A model generated the notes under the pieces. The model saw only the letters and a list, made by a program, of their open reading frames with translations. It was not told where the DNA came from and did not search any database. A program made the translations under genes and the position numbers. From Vicugna vicugna (Eukaryota), in assembly GCA_013265495.1 (NCBI GenBank), contig MU057809.1, positions 1,541,062-1,605,061 on the forward strand: a stretch of DNA of 64,000 nt. The letters are read 5' to 3'. How positions within the stretch are numbered: the first letter of the stretch is position 1; the number at the start of each line of letters is the position of its first letter. Positions 21,201 to 64,000 of this stretch are shown piece by piece.

Positions 21201-24200
21201 TGGCCGGCCCGTTGGGGCCGATCCAGTCAAGGGTGCTGGCCAGGGCGGGGGGCGGAGGCTGGAGACAGCGGAGGGATTTGGGGCGCTCGCTGGGCTAAGC
21301 TGTGAGTTGAGGCTGAGGGTCAGGTGTCCAGCTTGAGTGACTGGTGGGGTGATGCTATGTACAGATGGGGGAAGAGGAAGAGCTTTCAGGGGAAAAATGA
21401 CACATTTGTTTGAACATTTAATTTGGGCAAATCCCACTAGAGAAGCCAAGGGGTCCTGGCCTCACCAGACGTGCAGTTAACAACAGCCACGCTGGAGGTG
21501 CCAGTTTCAGGTTTCCCTGCGTGAGCTTGTTTGGTCCTCAGTGACCCCATGTGGCACATCACCCAGGTTTATAGCCTCACTTTACAGATGAGCTTTGGAG
21601 GGGGCGGGGCAGTTACAGAAAGTTGCCTTAGAATTCAGATGTCCCCGTCCTGTCCCGGGGATCCCGAACCTCCAGCTCTCAGGTGCCCAACGATCCCTCG
21701 CTGTGCAGCCACAGCTGAGCACAGCTGTCACCAAGATGCCTGGTGTCCGCCGGGTGCCGGGCCTTGGGCTGGGGTCACAGAAGCGTGTGAGTGGGTGTGG
21801 TTCTGGAAGAGCTGGGGGTGGTCTGTCAGTCTTGGTCTCCGTCTCTCTCCGTGTGTCTGTCTCTTTCTCTCGTCTCTGTCTCTCCCCAGCCCCCAACCCC
21901 GGGGCAAACGCAAGTGCACAGCCTCACGCCCACACGCAAGTCCAGTCAGAGACACGAACACCGGGGGAGACACGCGGCATCGATCAAAACAAGGTCAGCA
22001 CCGAGCGTGACATGTGATAGGAAAGAAAGAGATTCCTGTAGCAGACTCATTTCCAGTTCCCCCAACAGGTTCGGAAACTTTCAATACAATTTTTAGCTGA
22101 GCACCTGGGGTTTCGAAGCGGCCGGTGCTAGGAGGAGTGTGTGAGCCCCCAGCCCCCTTATTCACAAATGGCTAATTTTAGCATCCAAACAAACCAGAAG
22201 GCCCAAACCTCCCCTCTTTCTCCTCCACGCCCCCTCCTTGCCCGCCCCTTCCCGGGCGGCTGTGGCTCTGCCCACATCCGAGAGCCCAGACTTCCTGTCG
22301 CTGGTGGGGCAGCCTCACTGTGGCCCCACCAGGGGACCGAGGGACCTAGGGACCCAGGCCCAGGCGCTCCTGGGGGCAGAGGGCTTTATTCACACCAGGG
22401 GCAGTGCAGGGAGTGGGGGGCGCTGGGTCAGCTCAGATGAGTGGCAGGTGAGAGGACAGGGAGGAACGGAGGCAAGACCCAGCTGCATCTCGGCCCCTGT
22501 GGTCTCTCCGCCTCAGCATGGGGTGCCCATCCCTCTCCGTCTCCAACACTCCCTCCTGAGCTCTCCAGTCCTCCTGAGCCCTGCTCCTATATTGCAGTCT
22601 GATGAGCTCCAGGTGCGCCCACACCAGGGCTGCCCCTGGCAGCTGTGACAAGCGTCCTGAAGTTTCCCTTTGCAAATCTCAGCTCTGCCCCTTCCTGGCA
22701 GCGAGGCCCCTCTGAGACTCAGTTTACCCATCTATTAAATGGTGGCGATATTTGCCACAGGCACAAATGGATGCCAGGTTTGGAAATGACATAGGTGAAT
22801 ATGCCCAGCTTATAGTAGGGTCAATTGTCTGCTGGAGGGGCCGGCACTTTTCAGCTAGTTCGGAGGGTCTTTTCTGAGGTCAGAGGTCCAGGGCCCCCAA
22901 AGCGGAGGGAGAGGGCGATGGCTGCTTTGCTCACCGGAAGCCACGCTCAGAGGCAGGCATGGGCAAATAACTCGTGGGAGGTGATGGGGAATCCGTGTGT
23001 GTGCAGGAAGGCCCGCCGACGTGGGCTGAGGGGCCCCAGACCCGCAGGTGCTGCTATGCATCATCACAGCTCTGCTAGCAAGAGGCACGGACTGGCCACC
23101 CGCATCTGCCACCCAGGCCTGTGAGGGCAGGACTTTGGCCCCTGGGGAGGGGCCCAGCTGGGCCAACTCCCCAGAGACCCACAGAAGCCCCAGGGGTGAG
23201 GGGTGAATTACCCAGACATGCATTCCACCCTTGGGAAGTTCACAGTTAAGAGGTCAAGACAATCAAGAAAGTCATTCCAACATGGGAAGATGAGGGTTGT
23301 GACAGAGTGTGGCCCACAGCCTAGGTCAGGGAAGGCACACCTCTCCCAGAAGTGACAGTTCAGCTGACACCTGATGGATGAGTAAAGAGTTAATCAGGCA
23401 GTGAAGGGAACAGTGTTTCAGAGAAGAGGAACAGTGTGTGTGAAGCCCCAGTAGCCAGAGGAAAAGTGAGAGAGCTGATGCAGTTGAGGGTGGGATGTGC
23501 GGTATGGGAGGATGTCCTAGGCATCCTGTGAGGGACAAGGTCAACCTGGACCAGGGTGGTGGCCGTGGGGTGAGGGAGCAGTGAAGGGATTCAGTAGGGA
23601 GTTAAGAGTTTAATCAACAAGACGAGGTGACTGAGGATGTGGTGATGTGTGTGTGTGTGAGAGAGAGAGAAAGAGAGAGAGAGAGAAATGGAGACAGAAA
23701 GACAGAGAGATTGGAAGCCAGGTTCCTGGCTGAGTGACTGAGTTGGGGCGAGTGGGGACAGACAGGTTTGTGGGGTAAATTTGGTTTTAGGCCTGTGTGG
23801 ATGAGTGTCTCTCAGAGGATGGGAGGAGGGGCTGGTCTGTATCTCATGGATGTGGAGTGGGGTCCCAGCACCAAACTCCCCACCGAGCCCTGGGAAGGAC
23901 CACAGTTCACAGACTACATGCACCGCTTTACAGCGAAGAGCAGTGCCAAATGTCAGGGTCTTGGAACTGCCAAGTGCAACCGAGGCAGGAGGGTGGCAGT
24001 GAGCAGCCCCTCCAGACACCAGTGGCCGCTGCAGGTGGGACAAGCCTGGATGGAAGAGCCCCAGAGCAGAGCACCAGGCCCACCCTGTCCGCCTGCTGGG
24101 GCCCCCCTGCCGTGAGAGCCAGGCTCCGCCCTGGTAGGTGGCAGTGAGTCCCAGGCCAGCGAGCGGCTTGGGGGAGTGTGTCCTGCGGGGACTCCGGGTA

Positions 24201-25735
24201 AAGTGACTCAGAGGAACTGCTCTTCCCTGGGAGGAGCCCTGGTGGCCATCGGCACGGGCTGGTCGGGGAAATGATGGGGTCCAGATAGGGGATGCCAGAC
24301 GGCTGTCAGAAGAAGAAAGGAACGGGCCTGAGATGCACAATTCAGGTCAAAATAGACAAGCAAGCAGAGGACAGTGTGAATAATGTGCTCTCAGTTGTCC
24401 AGCAAAGGGGGACTAGGAGTGCGCACTTCTCTGTGCGTGAAAACGGGACAGGAACACAGACCTGAGAAAGGTAGTTTCCTGTGTGTTGGAGGGGGTCATG
24501 GAGATGGAGGGGTGAGAATTTTAAATGCATGGCCTTTTACAACATGTAGCTTTTGAACTTTGAATGTTTTATCAATTAAAGTTGGATAAAAAATGTTCCA
24601 GATTAAAAATGAAGGTGAACCGCACATCTTGCTCGAAGCCTCTCCCCACCCCGAGGCTCCCAGTTCCGCAGCTGGTCTGGGAGGTGATGGGTGGATGCCC
24701 CAGGTCCCTGTGTCCACAGCTGCTTGGGGACAGGCCCGGCAGGTGTTCTGCGCTGCAGATTCCGTCAATTTGGTCACAGACCCATGAGGACGGGGCTGTC
24801 CACAGGGTCTGTCTTCTTTTCCTCCCAGGGACCTGCAGCCTCGTGGCCCCGGAGGTCACAGTGGGCCTAGGGGGTGGGGGCTGGGAGCCAGGACGAGGAG
24901 GTGGGGGAGAGCGGGGCACTTCCTGTTGCTTTTGGTTTGGGTTCCTGAGCTTTGAAACTGAAACCAAAGGCCAAGGCTGGGAGCCTCGGTTCAGATCTCA
25001 GCAGGAGCGGCCCCTCAGCTTCTGGAGATTTCTCTGGTGCCAGGCCCTCAGAGCACAGAGGCAAGGCTTTCTGGATGTTGTTGGAGCCCCTGCAGAACAC
25101 TTCGGGTAATAAAGGGGGCTGGAGCAGGCGCTGGAGGCCAGGCCTCCCCGTCAAGTAGCCACAGCATCCTGGTGGACATTGGCGAGACCGCCACAGACAA
25201 GCCTCGGAGAGCAAAGCAGGGCTGGGTGAGGGACGCCAACCCAGGTGGACAACTTGTAGGAGAATGAGGCCTTTTGGGAGCAGCATGACGGCATGAGGCC
25301 GGAGCTCAAAGACGTTCCCCTCCCGCACCCTCGCCTCTCGCAATCTGATCACTGGGCGACCTGGCCTCAAACCAGACAGTGCCCTGGACCCAGGACACCA
25401 ACCACGGCCCCAGTCCCTAGAGGAGCAGAGGAGAGGCACGACAGATGCCACCAGGGCCCCAAACAGCTCCTTTGAATTGGAGGATCTAGCCGAGAGCCTG
25501 CAGGTAGCAAACCAGCCAGGCCTGGGTGGGGTTTCAGCTTATCAGCTGCGTGGTCTTGGTCAACTTACTTAACCTCTCTGAGCCTCAATCGTCTCCTGAA
25601 TAAGGACAAACCTCGGAGGAGACTTGAAGAGTTTTGGGATCAGGAATCAGGGACCAGGAAGTAAAAGAACATTTATAAAGGTCTCGGTCCAGAGCAGGGG
25701 CTCAAACAATAATTAACGTTTGCCTAACCTGGTGA

Positions 25736-25804
25736 GGGAGGGAAATAGCTCAGTGGTAGAGCGCGTGCTTAGCATGCACAAGGGCCTCCATTTAAAAAAA
25801 AAAA
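25736..25804 (+). mobile_element. tRNA-Ala-derived SINE (Vic-1 type), internally deleted
   Basis: GGGAGGGAAATAGCTCAGTGGTAGAGCGCGTGCTTAGCATGCACAAGG-GCCTCCATTT-polyA. Confidence 0.8.
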
Positions 25805-27304
25805 GGAAACTGTAGGGAGAGGGGAAGTGACATGGGTCAAAAACACATATTCACGTAAGAAAAGACGGATGTCAGAAAAAGGGTAAATAAAAAGTAAAAT
25901 ATTAAAAGAAATTTACCAACCCAAGAGCAATTTCCTTCATCTTTTGGGGGACAACAGGACCCCTGAGGCACCTGGACTTTCTCCCTAGAACAGTGTAGGT
26001 CTGCGCACACAACGTGCTTTCCAGGTCTCTGGGCTGCATGGCTGGTGTCCCTGGAGGCAAACCGAGTGTCTGTCACTGGTGTTGTCAGCCTGGCCCAGGG
26101 GCCTTCCCAGAGCCTGGGGCCTGGGTTTGCTGTGCGGGTGGTGGGCCCCACTGTGCAGCCTCCCTGAGTCCTGGGCTGACTCCAAAGGAAACCCTTGGCT
26201 TGCAGGCCCCGGTGCGATCATTCGAGCTGCAGCCTTTGCAGGCAGCTCTGCACAGCGACCCCGCTGCCCAGCCCCTCGGGCCCCCCTTTCCTGCCCATTG
26301 CTGGGCTGTTGGCAGCTGAGGACCCGGAGCGTGAGCAGATGGCGTCGGGGTCCCCTTTGAAATCTTCAAGTGGACCAACTTCCCCGGGGCGCCAAGCCCC
26401 AGCCTCCCACCGGCGGCATCCAATTTTCATCCAGGGAGTGACCCAGAACATGGAACTCACGTCTCCCTCCTTCCCCTTCTCCCTCCCCCACCACCCCCAG
26501 CCCTGCATCCTGGAGAAAATTACTTGGGAAAAAACCCAAGGCAAATTCACAAATTCTTTTAAGATGTATTTCTCCGAGGGTGGCCTGTTTTTAACCATCC
26601 TTGTCCACCACTCACCCTCCAAACTGGGCAAGCTGTGGGTTTGTTATCCCGCACAACGCCTGAGAATTCTGCAGTTAAGTAAGTGGATACAAACAAGTCA
26701 GCCGGCCTTTTATGCTGGGGCTCTGGTCCAGTCACGTCTGCCTCCATGGCTCCAGGTGCATCACAAGGAAGCGATGGTCTCCAAGCCTGGGGAAGGCGGA
26801 CCGTTCACCTTACAGCTCTAGCAGGGCGGGGGCAGAAGCCCTCCTAGCTCTCCCGTCTCCGCGTGTGGTGGCTCGTCTGGCCCTGAATAGCCACGGCTGG
26901 ACCCTGGAATCACGGCCTCTCCATACCCAGTGAATCCAGCTTGCTCTGGAGAAAAGCATCGCTAACTGGTTTTTGGACTTTTTTTCCTTAAAGGTGTCAC
27001 ACTCACTGACAAACTCAGACCTGGTGGTGTAGAGCTGGACTAGGCGGAGTGGGGAGAGGAGTGGCCCCTGCCCAGGACCCTCACCTCCCACCCCGTCCCA
27101 CACTTCCCAGGGTTCCGTGGTGCTGATGTGGCTTCTAAGGGGTGTAACGCTAGACGATGCTATAGGACACACGGCATTGTTTTTTAGGATGAGGTCTTTA
27201 CTAAGAGTTCTTTTATTCATAATTCACATCTTCAATATGTGGCAAAAACGTACCAGACAGTCAACTCACATCCATGGTATCTGAAACTAAAGGAAAGTGT
27301 TGCT

Positions 27305-27705
27305 CCTATGTCATTAAGAATTGCTCTAGGCTGCAAGTAACTGAGAACCCAAATAATGGCCACTTAACACAAAATAAAGATTTATTTCAGTTTCATGTGA
27401 AAGAAACCTACGCAGCAGTCCTGGGCTCCAAACTGTTATCAGTGACTCTGGCTTCTCCTATCTTTTTGTTCCACCAGCCTCTGCAGGGTTTCTACCTTCA
27501 AGGTCACCTCAAGATCCCGTACGGCTGCTGGAGCTCCAGCCATCACGTCTGTGTTCTACACAGGAAACTGAAGGAAGGGCTGTTCTGTCTCTACCCCAAA
27601 CTTGCCTTACAGTTCCTTGATTATTCTGGCTGCAAGGGAGGCTGGGAGCTATAGTCTTTAAGCTGTGCACAGTTTCTCAGGATAAAATCAAGATTCTGTT
27701 AATGA
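27305..27705 (-). mobile_element. Old MLT1-family LTR fragment
   Basis: ggctgcaagtaac...aacccaaataatggc; ggctgctggagctccagccatcacgtc; ctggctgcaagggaggctggga motifs. Confidence 0.6.
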
Positions 27706-28409
27706 GGAAACAAGTGTGGATACTGGATTGTCAACTAGTGGTTGCCCCCACAGCTCCCAGGAACACACAGACCTAGGTCTGAACCCCAGCCGGCCACCCA
27801 CCAGCTGCTGAATACTTGGCATGGTGCCAGGCTGGAGCTGGCCTGGTCTGGCTGTGCCTGCTGGTCCATACTTGGAAAGTCTGCACTGATGGGGGTCAAG
27901 GAGAAGAATGGCCCAAGGACCCACAGGGCCCTTGCTGTCTTCCGTGGAGGAAGTGTGGCTCCTGGGCCGCGGGGAGCAAACCCGCCAGAGGGCCTTACTC
28001 ACGTGCTCCCTCCTGCAGGACAGCGCAAGGCTGCACCACGCAGGAGCAGTACCTGCACAGACACATGGAGGACGCGTGCAGGGAGGGCGCGGGGCCTGGC
28101 CTCAGGCTCGAGTCAGGGATGCAGGCATGTAGACAGGGGGCCCTTCCCAGGGTCATGATATAATTAATCGTCCACATCAGGACAAATCTTAGTCAAACCA
28201 GAGTAATTAGTCCCAACCCCCAGGGTAAATCAGGCCTGTCCTGAGAAAACTGGGCCATACAGTCATCCTACCTCCACCCTGCACATGACATGGGGCCTGA
28301 ACTGAGCTCGCTGAAGGCCGTTTGAGTTTAGGATGGTGGCAAGAGCTGAAAACCCCTGCAAACTATTACATTAAAAAAAAGTGGCTGAAAACAAGGAAAT
28401 AAGAGAAAT

Positions 28410-28415
28410 TTTAAT
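28410..28415 (-). promoter_or_regulatory. Candidate CARD11 polyadenylation signal (ATTAAA)
   Basis: ATTAAA on the minus strand about 440 nt after the stop codon, followed by T-rich downstream sequence. Confidence 0.55.
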
Positions 28416-28856
28416 GCAAGAAAAATAGTAGCATGGTGCATGTCCCCTTCTGCGTGTGAATGTGCATTGAGTCCCGCGGGCGGGCAGACCCCTGGCTTTC
28501 AGGGTCCCCGCCCCGTGGGCAGCACACCTGTCCCATGTGTTACATTCAATTGCTGCTCCAGGTTCCTGGGGCCGCTGACCTCAGACCTGGCTCTGTGTCC
28601 TTCATGCGGTCCTGCCTCCCTCCTCCCGCCGGCCGGGCTGGCCTGCTCAGCAGGTCAGCCTCCGGTGGCGAAGACCACTCCCTGCTCCTTCCCGAGCTGC
28701 ACGTGCCCCCAGTGCTTCCTGGGTGGGGGCTCCGTCACCAGGGAGGATGGAGCCCCTCGGCCGTCTACGCAGCAGGGGGCCCCGGCTCGCCACGGCATCG
28801 CCCGGTGGGGTCTGCACACCCCGGCCGAGTCCCGCTCAGACTCAGCGGCGCCCGCC

Positions 28857-57657
<28,801 letters not shown>

Positions 57658-58069
57658 TTAACCAAAGAGCCCCACTGGACCAGCTCTGTAAACTTTAGAG
57701 AGATCTCCAGTATATACTGTTCAGTTTAAAGAAGTAGAGAAAAGGATAGTCTTTTGTCTTTTAAGAAAGGAAAGGATATGAACGTAGGCATGTATTTCTT
57801 TATGGGCTAAACATAAATGATGGAGAAAGCCATAAAATAAAAACAAAACCTTTATGGAGAGAGGGAACATTTTGCAGTTGGGGTGTATTCTTGCATCTAC
57901 GGTTTTATATCTTATTGAGGACTTATCTTTCCAAAAACAATATATGCTGTTACTTTTTGTTTTACAGTTTCACATAAATGGTGTCAGGCTGTATGCATTC
58001 CTGTTTCCTTTTCCAACTTGTTCTACCTGCATTTGTTGAGATTTATCTAGGTTGATACATACAAACCTA

Positions 58070-61000
58070 TTTCATTCATTTTTAAAAACAGCTTTGTTGA
58101 GATATAATTCGTGTACCATACAATTCACCTTTTAAAGGTGTATAATTCAGTGGTTTCCAGTATATTCAGAGTCATGCAACCAGCAACACAATTAATTTTA
58201 CATTTTCATCAGCCCCCAAAGGAACTTTATGCCCCTTAGTAGGCGCTCCCCATTTCCCTCCAGCACCTGCCCCTCCAGCCTTCGGCAACCACTAATCTAC
58301 TTTCTGTTTCTATAGATTTGCCTATTCTGGACATTTCACATAAATGGGATCACACAACCGGTGGTCTTTCGTGACTGGCTTCTTTCACTTCTCACTGTGA
58401 CTGCACGTTTTCAAGGTTCATCCATGCTGTAGCATGTTTCGGCCCTTCTTTTCATTGACAAATACCTTTTCATCGTGTGGATATGTCACATCTTGTTGAC
58501 CCATCCGTTGATGAGCTCTTGGGTTGCTTGGCTGTTATGAATGATGCTACTATGAATTCATGTCCAAGTTCTTGTGTAGACACGTTTTTATTCTGCAGAT
58601 ATGCAGAAGTGGAATTGATAAGCCATCTGGTGACTCTCTGTGTCACATTCTGAGGAAGTGCTAAACGGTTTCTCAAAGTGGCCACACCATTTTGCATTCT
58701 AGCTAGCTTATCCACTAACTTATCCTAACTCAGTCACATTATTCTAACTTACCCACATTCTTGTACACTTGTTATTGTCCATCTTTTTTTTATTATAGTC
58801 AACTGAATGGGTGGGCAGTGGTATCTCACTGTGGTTTTGATCTGTATTTCCCTAATGACTCACAATGTTGAGCATCTTTTCATGTGCATATTGGCCACTT
58901 GTGCATTCAGAAATGTCTATTCAAATCCTCTGCCCATTTTAAAATTGGATTGTTTGTCTTTATTACTGAGCTTTGGAGTTTTTTATGTGCTCTGGATACA
59001 AGTCAGATGTACGATTTTTAAAAAAATTTATTGAGTATAGTCAGTTACAATGTGTCAATTTCTGGTGTACAGCATAATGTTTCTGTCACACATATACATA
59101 ATTAATTTTTGTAATGGGTTACTGCAAGATGTTGAGTATAGTTCCTTGTGCTATACAGAAGAAATTTGTTTTTTAAATCTATTTTATATATAGTAGCTAA
59201 TATGAGCAATTCTCGAACTCCCAGTGTCCCCCTTCCCATCCCCTGCCCCTCCCCTGGCCGTAACCAGAGCTTTGTTTACTAGCTGTATGTTTTTCTCCTA
59301 TTGTGTTGGTTATCTTTTCATTTTCTTAAAGGAATTTTCGGTAGCACAAGAGTTTTTAATTTTGATATAGTCCAGTGAATTTTTTCTTTTTTCACTTGTG
59401 CTTTTGGTGTGTATCTAAAAAACCATTGCTTAATTGAAGGTTATAAAGACTTACATCTATTCATTTTTCTAAAAATTTTATACTTTTAACTCTCATATTT
59501 AAGCCGATGGTGTATTTTGAATTAATTTTGATATACGGTGTGAGGTAAGGGTCCAGCTGTGTTTTTCACATGTGGATATTCAGCTGTCCCAGCGCAATTT
59601 GTTGAAAAGATTATTCTTTCCTCATTGAATGGTCTTGGCACCTTAGTCAGAAGTCAACTGACCGTAAACGTAAGTGTTGGTTTCTGAACTCTCAGTTCTA
59701 TCCCACTAGTCTGTCTGTCTGTCCTTGTGCCTGGACCGCACTGTCGTCATTGCTGTATATGTGTAGTTAAGTTTTGAAATTGGGAAGGATGAGTCTTCCA
59801 ACCTTGTTCTTCCCTTTGCAGATTCTTTTGGCCATTCAGTGCCCTTTGCAATTCCATATGAATTTTAGGGATCAGCTGGCCAATACCTGCAAAGGAAAAG
59901 TAGCTGGGATTTTGATAGTGAATCCACTGAATACGTAGATCAGTTTGGAGAACCTTACTAATTAACAGTTGCTATGCACAACATGAATAAGGGGTGTGTT
60001 TCTATTAATTTAGGTCTTCAATTTCTTTCGGCAATGCTTTATGGTTTTCAGTGTGCAAGTCTCACACGTCTTTTGCTAAATCTGTTCTTAAGAATTTGAT
60101 TCTGTTTGATGACAGTGTAAATCTGAACTGTATTCTTAATTTCCTTTGCTGATTGTTCATTGCTAACGTATAGGTATATAGCTGAGTTCTGCATATTGAG
60201 TTTCCATCCTGCAGCCTTACTGAAACCATTTATTAGTTCTAAAATTTGTTAGTAGAATTCCTTATGATAGGATTTTTCTATATGTAAGATGATGTCATCT
60301 GCACTCAGAGGCAGTTTCACTTCTATCTTTTCACCCTGGATGCCTTTTCTTTTCTTTTCTCTAATTTTCCAGGCTGGAACCTCTAGCACAGTGTTACATG
60401 GAAGTGACAAGAGAGGACGTTCTTACCTTGTTCTTGACGTTAGGGGAAAGCGTCAGTCTTTCACCATTAAGTATGCCGTTACTCGGGTAAGTGTATGTAT
60501 GTTTCAGATGTCCTCTGTCACGCTGAGGAAATTCCCTGAGTATTTTTGTCATGAAAGGATGTCTGATTTTGTCGATGACTTTTCTGCACCCACTGGGATT
60601 ACCGTGTAGTTTTTGGGTTTGATTCTGTTAATATGGTATATTACATTGCTTGATTTTCAGGTATTCAACACATCTTGCATCCTTGCTATACATCTCTGTG
60701 AGTTACGGACTTGCTGGATTTGGTTTGCTAGTATATTTTTGAGCACTTTGGCGTCCGTATTTATAAGAGGTCCTAGTCAGTGGTTTTCCTTCCGTGTGAT
60801 GTCTGAATGGCTTTGCTATCAGGGTGATGTCTGCCTCGTTAGAATAAGCCGGGACGTGTTCCTTCCTCTTCTGCCTTTCGGGGGGCTTCTGGAGAACTGG
60901 CGCACTTCTGTCTTCTGTCTGGTAGGGGCCGCGCCTGGGCTCGGCGCTTCTTCCTGGGCAGGGTTTTAATTGCTCCTTCCTCGCTTGTTGTAGGCTTGCT

Positions 61001-62270
61001 CATGTTTCCTGTTTTCTTGAGTCGGTTTCTGTAGTTTGTGTCTTTTTAGGAATTTGTCCGTTTCATGTAAGTCATCAAATTTATGGGAAACTGCTGTTCC
61101 TGTTACTCCTTTATTTTTGTTCTGCTTTTTATTTCTGTAAGGCTGGAAGTAATGTCCCTTCTTTTACTTCTCATTCTGGTGATTTGCGTCTTCTCTCTCT
61201 TTTTCTCTTGGTCAGCCTGACTGAGGGTTTGTCAATTTTGTTGATATTTCAAAGAACCACCTTTTGGTCCCATTGATTTTCTCTGTTGCTCTTCTGTTCT
61301 CTAATTCACTGATGTTTGTCCTAATATTTGTTATTTCCTTCCTTCTACTTGCTTCAGGGTTAGTTTGCTCTTCTTTTTCTAGTTTCATAAGGTAGAAGGT
61401 CAGGTTATTGAGCTGAGATCTTTTTAAATATTAACATTTATAGCTGTAAGTTTCCCTCTGAGCCCTGCTTTAGTGACACCACGTAAGTTTTTGTATGTTG
61501 CATTTTCGTTTTCATTCATCTCGAAGTAAGTTTTCTATTTTTTTTGTGTGACTTCTTTGACCCACTGGTTTTATCGAAGTGCGATGTTTAATTTCCCCAT
61601 GTTTGTGAATTCCCCAAATTATTTTGTTACTGATTTTTAATGTAATTCCATTGTGCCTGGAAAACATACCTTGTATCACTTCAACCCTTTTATATTTATT
61701 GAAGCTTGTTTCATGGACTCGCATGTGGAGGCCATCCCAGCGTGGGCTTGAGAAGAGCATGTATTCTGCTGCCGTGTGGGGCGTGTGCGCCGCATAGACA
61801 TGTCTGTTAGGTCGCTCGTTTATCGAGTTGTTTAAATCGAGTATTTCCTTGTTGATCTTCTGTCTGTTGTTCTATCCGTTATTGAAAGGAGGGGGGTAAA
61901 ATCTCCATCCGTGATTGTTGAATTTTATACTTTTCCCTTCAGTTATGTCAGTTTTTGCTTCAAGTGTTTTGGGGCTGTGTTGTTTGGGTGAGGGTTATAA
62001 TATTTATAACTGTTACAACTTCCTAGTGGATCGACACCTCAATCATTATGAAACGGCTTCTTTATTTCCAGTAACACTTTTGTTTTAAAGTCTATTTAGT
62101 CTGATGTTAGCCACTCCAGCTCCTTTATGATTCTTGTTAGCACAGTGTGTCTTTCCAGCCTTTTACTTTCAGCCTCTTCGTACCTTTGGGTGTAAGCTTT
62201 TTCTCCTGTAGACGGTAAACAGGTGATCTTGCTGTTTTAATCTAATCTGACAACCACTTAATTTGTATTG
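58070..62270 (-). mobile_element. Large ancient L1M element (3'UTR plus decayed ORF2) in intron 2, with a nested younger L1 3' end at about 59017-59285
   Basis: AT-rich L1 antisense motifs: cagctttgttgagatataattc, gtggtatctcactgtggttttgatctgtatttccctaatgact, tttgttgaaaagattattctttcc, tttcaaagaaccaccttttgg; no long ORF. Confidence 0.88.
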
Positions 62271-62339
62271 GTTTATTCATTTTAAACTGTGTATATATTA
62301 TTCCATTGCAAAAATAAGCGATAATTTACTAAAATTCCT

Positions 62340-63020
62340 GGAATCTGCAGATTGATGAGTGTGAATGTATTTTGCATGATGACTCCTGGGTAAGGGGCCT
62401 CTAGGAGCTTCAGAATGGGGGCCGGTAGCCAGAAAAACCAAGCAGGTGACTAGAGGGTTATAACTTTCAGCCCCGCAGCCCAACCTCTGGGGAGGGGAGA
62501 GAGGCTAGAGACTGAGTCCAGTCACCAACAGTGGATGATTTAATCAATCATGCTTACGTGATAAAGCCCTGGTAAAATTCCCAAACCAGTGGGGCTCAAA
62601 GAGCATCCAAACCTCTGAATGCATGCACACGGCGGGGGGAGGCACTCCTCAGCTCCCTGGGGACAGGCTCCTGTGCTCGGGACCCTTCCAGACCTCCTCA
62701 CGTGTGTTTTCATTTGGATCCTTTAAAATAAACTGCTCTACTAAGTACAGTGTTTTCCTGAGTTCTGCGAATCATCCCAGCAAATTACTGAACCTGGCGA
62801 GGAGGCTGTGAGAAACGCTGTTTACAGCTGCCGACTATGATAGTGCAGGTGGCCCTGGGACTGGAGCTGACGTCTGGAGTGGGGGCTGGAGCCTGTAACC
62901 CCTGGCGTCTTTCTAACTCTGGGAAGTTAGTGCCAGAATTGAATTGTTGGACACCCAGTTGTGTCAGAGAATTGGTTGATGCGTGAAAAAATAACACATA
63001 TTTGGTGTCAGAAAAACACT
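62340..63020 (+). mobile_element. MER21-like ERV solo LTR
   Basis: gggggccggtagccagaaaaaccaagc...tagagggttataactttcagcccc; gatttaatcaatcatgcttacgtgat; tttcctgagttctg; gtgccagaattgaattg. Confidence 0.7.
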
Positions 63021-64000
63021 GCACATTTGGTGTTGGAAAAGTATCACAATACAGTATAAAATCATCTCTGTAATCCAACACCTATAATTATGTAGGGGTG
63101 TGTGTGCGCGCGTGTGAAAAGGAGAGAAATAGTGAGGGGGAGGGGAGGGAGAGGCAGGAGGGGAAAAGTTTGAGAGGATGTGGTCACCCTAATCTGATTA
63201 CGTCTAAGAAGTGGAATGAATTCTGATCCGAGGTTAGCGGTCAAGGAGGGCTTGGACATTACACGTTTCAGTGTTCACAACAAACATGCATCAATGTATT
63301 GTATAGTTTGAAAACAGAAAAAAAGAAAAGTGAACAAACATGAGAAGCCAGGCCTAGGGCAACAGATACACCAGTATCCAACGTTTGCCTTCCTACTCAT
63401 ACCCTCTCCGATGGCTGCAGCCCTGGTATCTCGTTTGTATCGAATAAGCGCTCCGGCCACGGCTGACCGACCCGCCCCAGGGGGACCAGCCCCGGCAGGT
63501 CGCAGTGGTCAAATCCCCTGGCCTGGGAATTTCATACGAGCCAGAGCGACAGTGGGGCGGGTGAGTGTGCGGAGGGAACGGAGCTAGCAGGTGGCATCTG
63601 GGTGGCCGTGGAGGCTAGAACTTGGCCACTGTAAAGCAGAGACCAGGGCAGAGAAGGTGTCAGGAGGCAGAGCAAGCTGGTTTGCTGGGTGAAGCTGCAG
63701 TGAGAGACCCCCAGGGGCCACGCGAAGTGGAAGAAATCATCTCTCTGGGTGGATAACTCAGCTTCCCAACCATGGAAGCCTTGGCCACAGGTGACGTCCG
63801 GTCCTTGCTGAGGCCTTCAGTCACCTCGCCATTAGTTTGGGCTGGCCTGAGTGGGCTTGGGCTATGTGCAACTCAAGAGCCTTAAGTAAAAATACACACT
63901 TGCTGTATGAGCAACAACTGATGTGAAGAGGTTAAAAATGAGGACGCTCCCTCCGATGAACTGTGCACGGACAGCAGCGACTTTGCAGCCAGGAGTCCTG

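Noticed and set aside
1..28000. An additional protein-coding gene in the left half
   Set aside because: No chain of exon-like segments with coding bias or recognisable peptide; content is repeats and candidate regulatory DNA.
58070..62270. Active retrotransposon or reverse transcriptase gene
   Set aside because: L1 sequence is heavily decayed; no ORF longer than about 120 aa and none in a continuous ORF2 frame.

Overview
GC-rich mammalian genomic DNA, most likely from a camelid (four tRNA-Ala(AGC)-derived Vic-1-type SINE copies). From 28857 to 57632 on the minus strand I traced 23 coding exons of CARD11/CARMA1 by hand (exons 3-25 in recalled human numbering; CARD-LATCH-coiled coil-linker-PDZ-SH3-GUK). 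They join into one open frame of 3458 nt including the TGA; the exon with the first ATG is not in the window. All junctions are GT-AG except the exon 9 donor, which reads CAG|GAGGGC, the most notable anomaly (assembly error, splice mutation or shifted donor). Bases 1-28000 are intergenic: old repeats (MIR, L2, L1, MLT1/MLT2, hAT fossils), simple repeats and short AT-rich islands with PBX/MEIS/HOX and CTCF-like motifs. Old repeats there look strongly AT-to-GC shifted. The short ORFs in the track are GC-rich noise. I found no evidence of a new biological system; the findings are splice-site, regulatory and genome-evolution observations.
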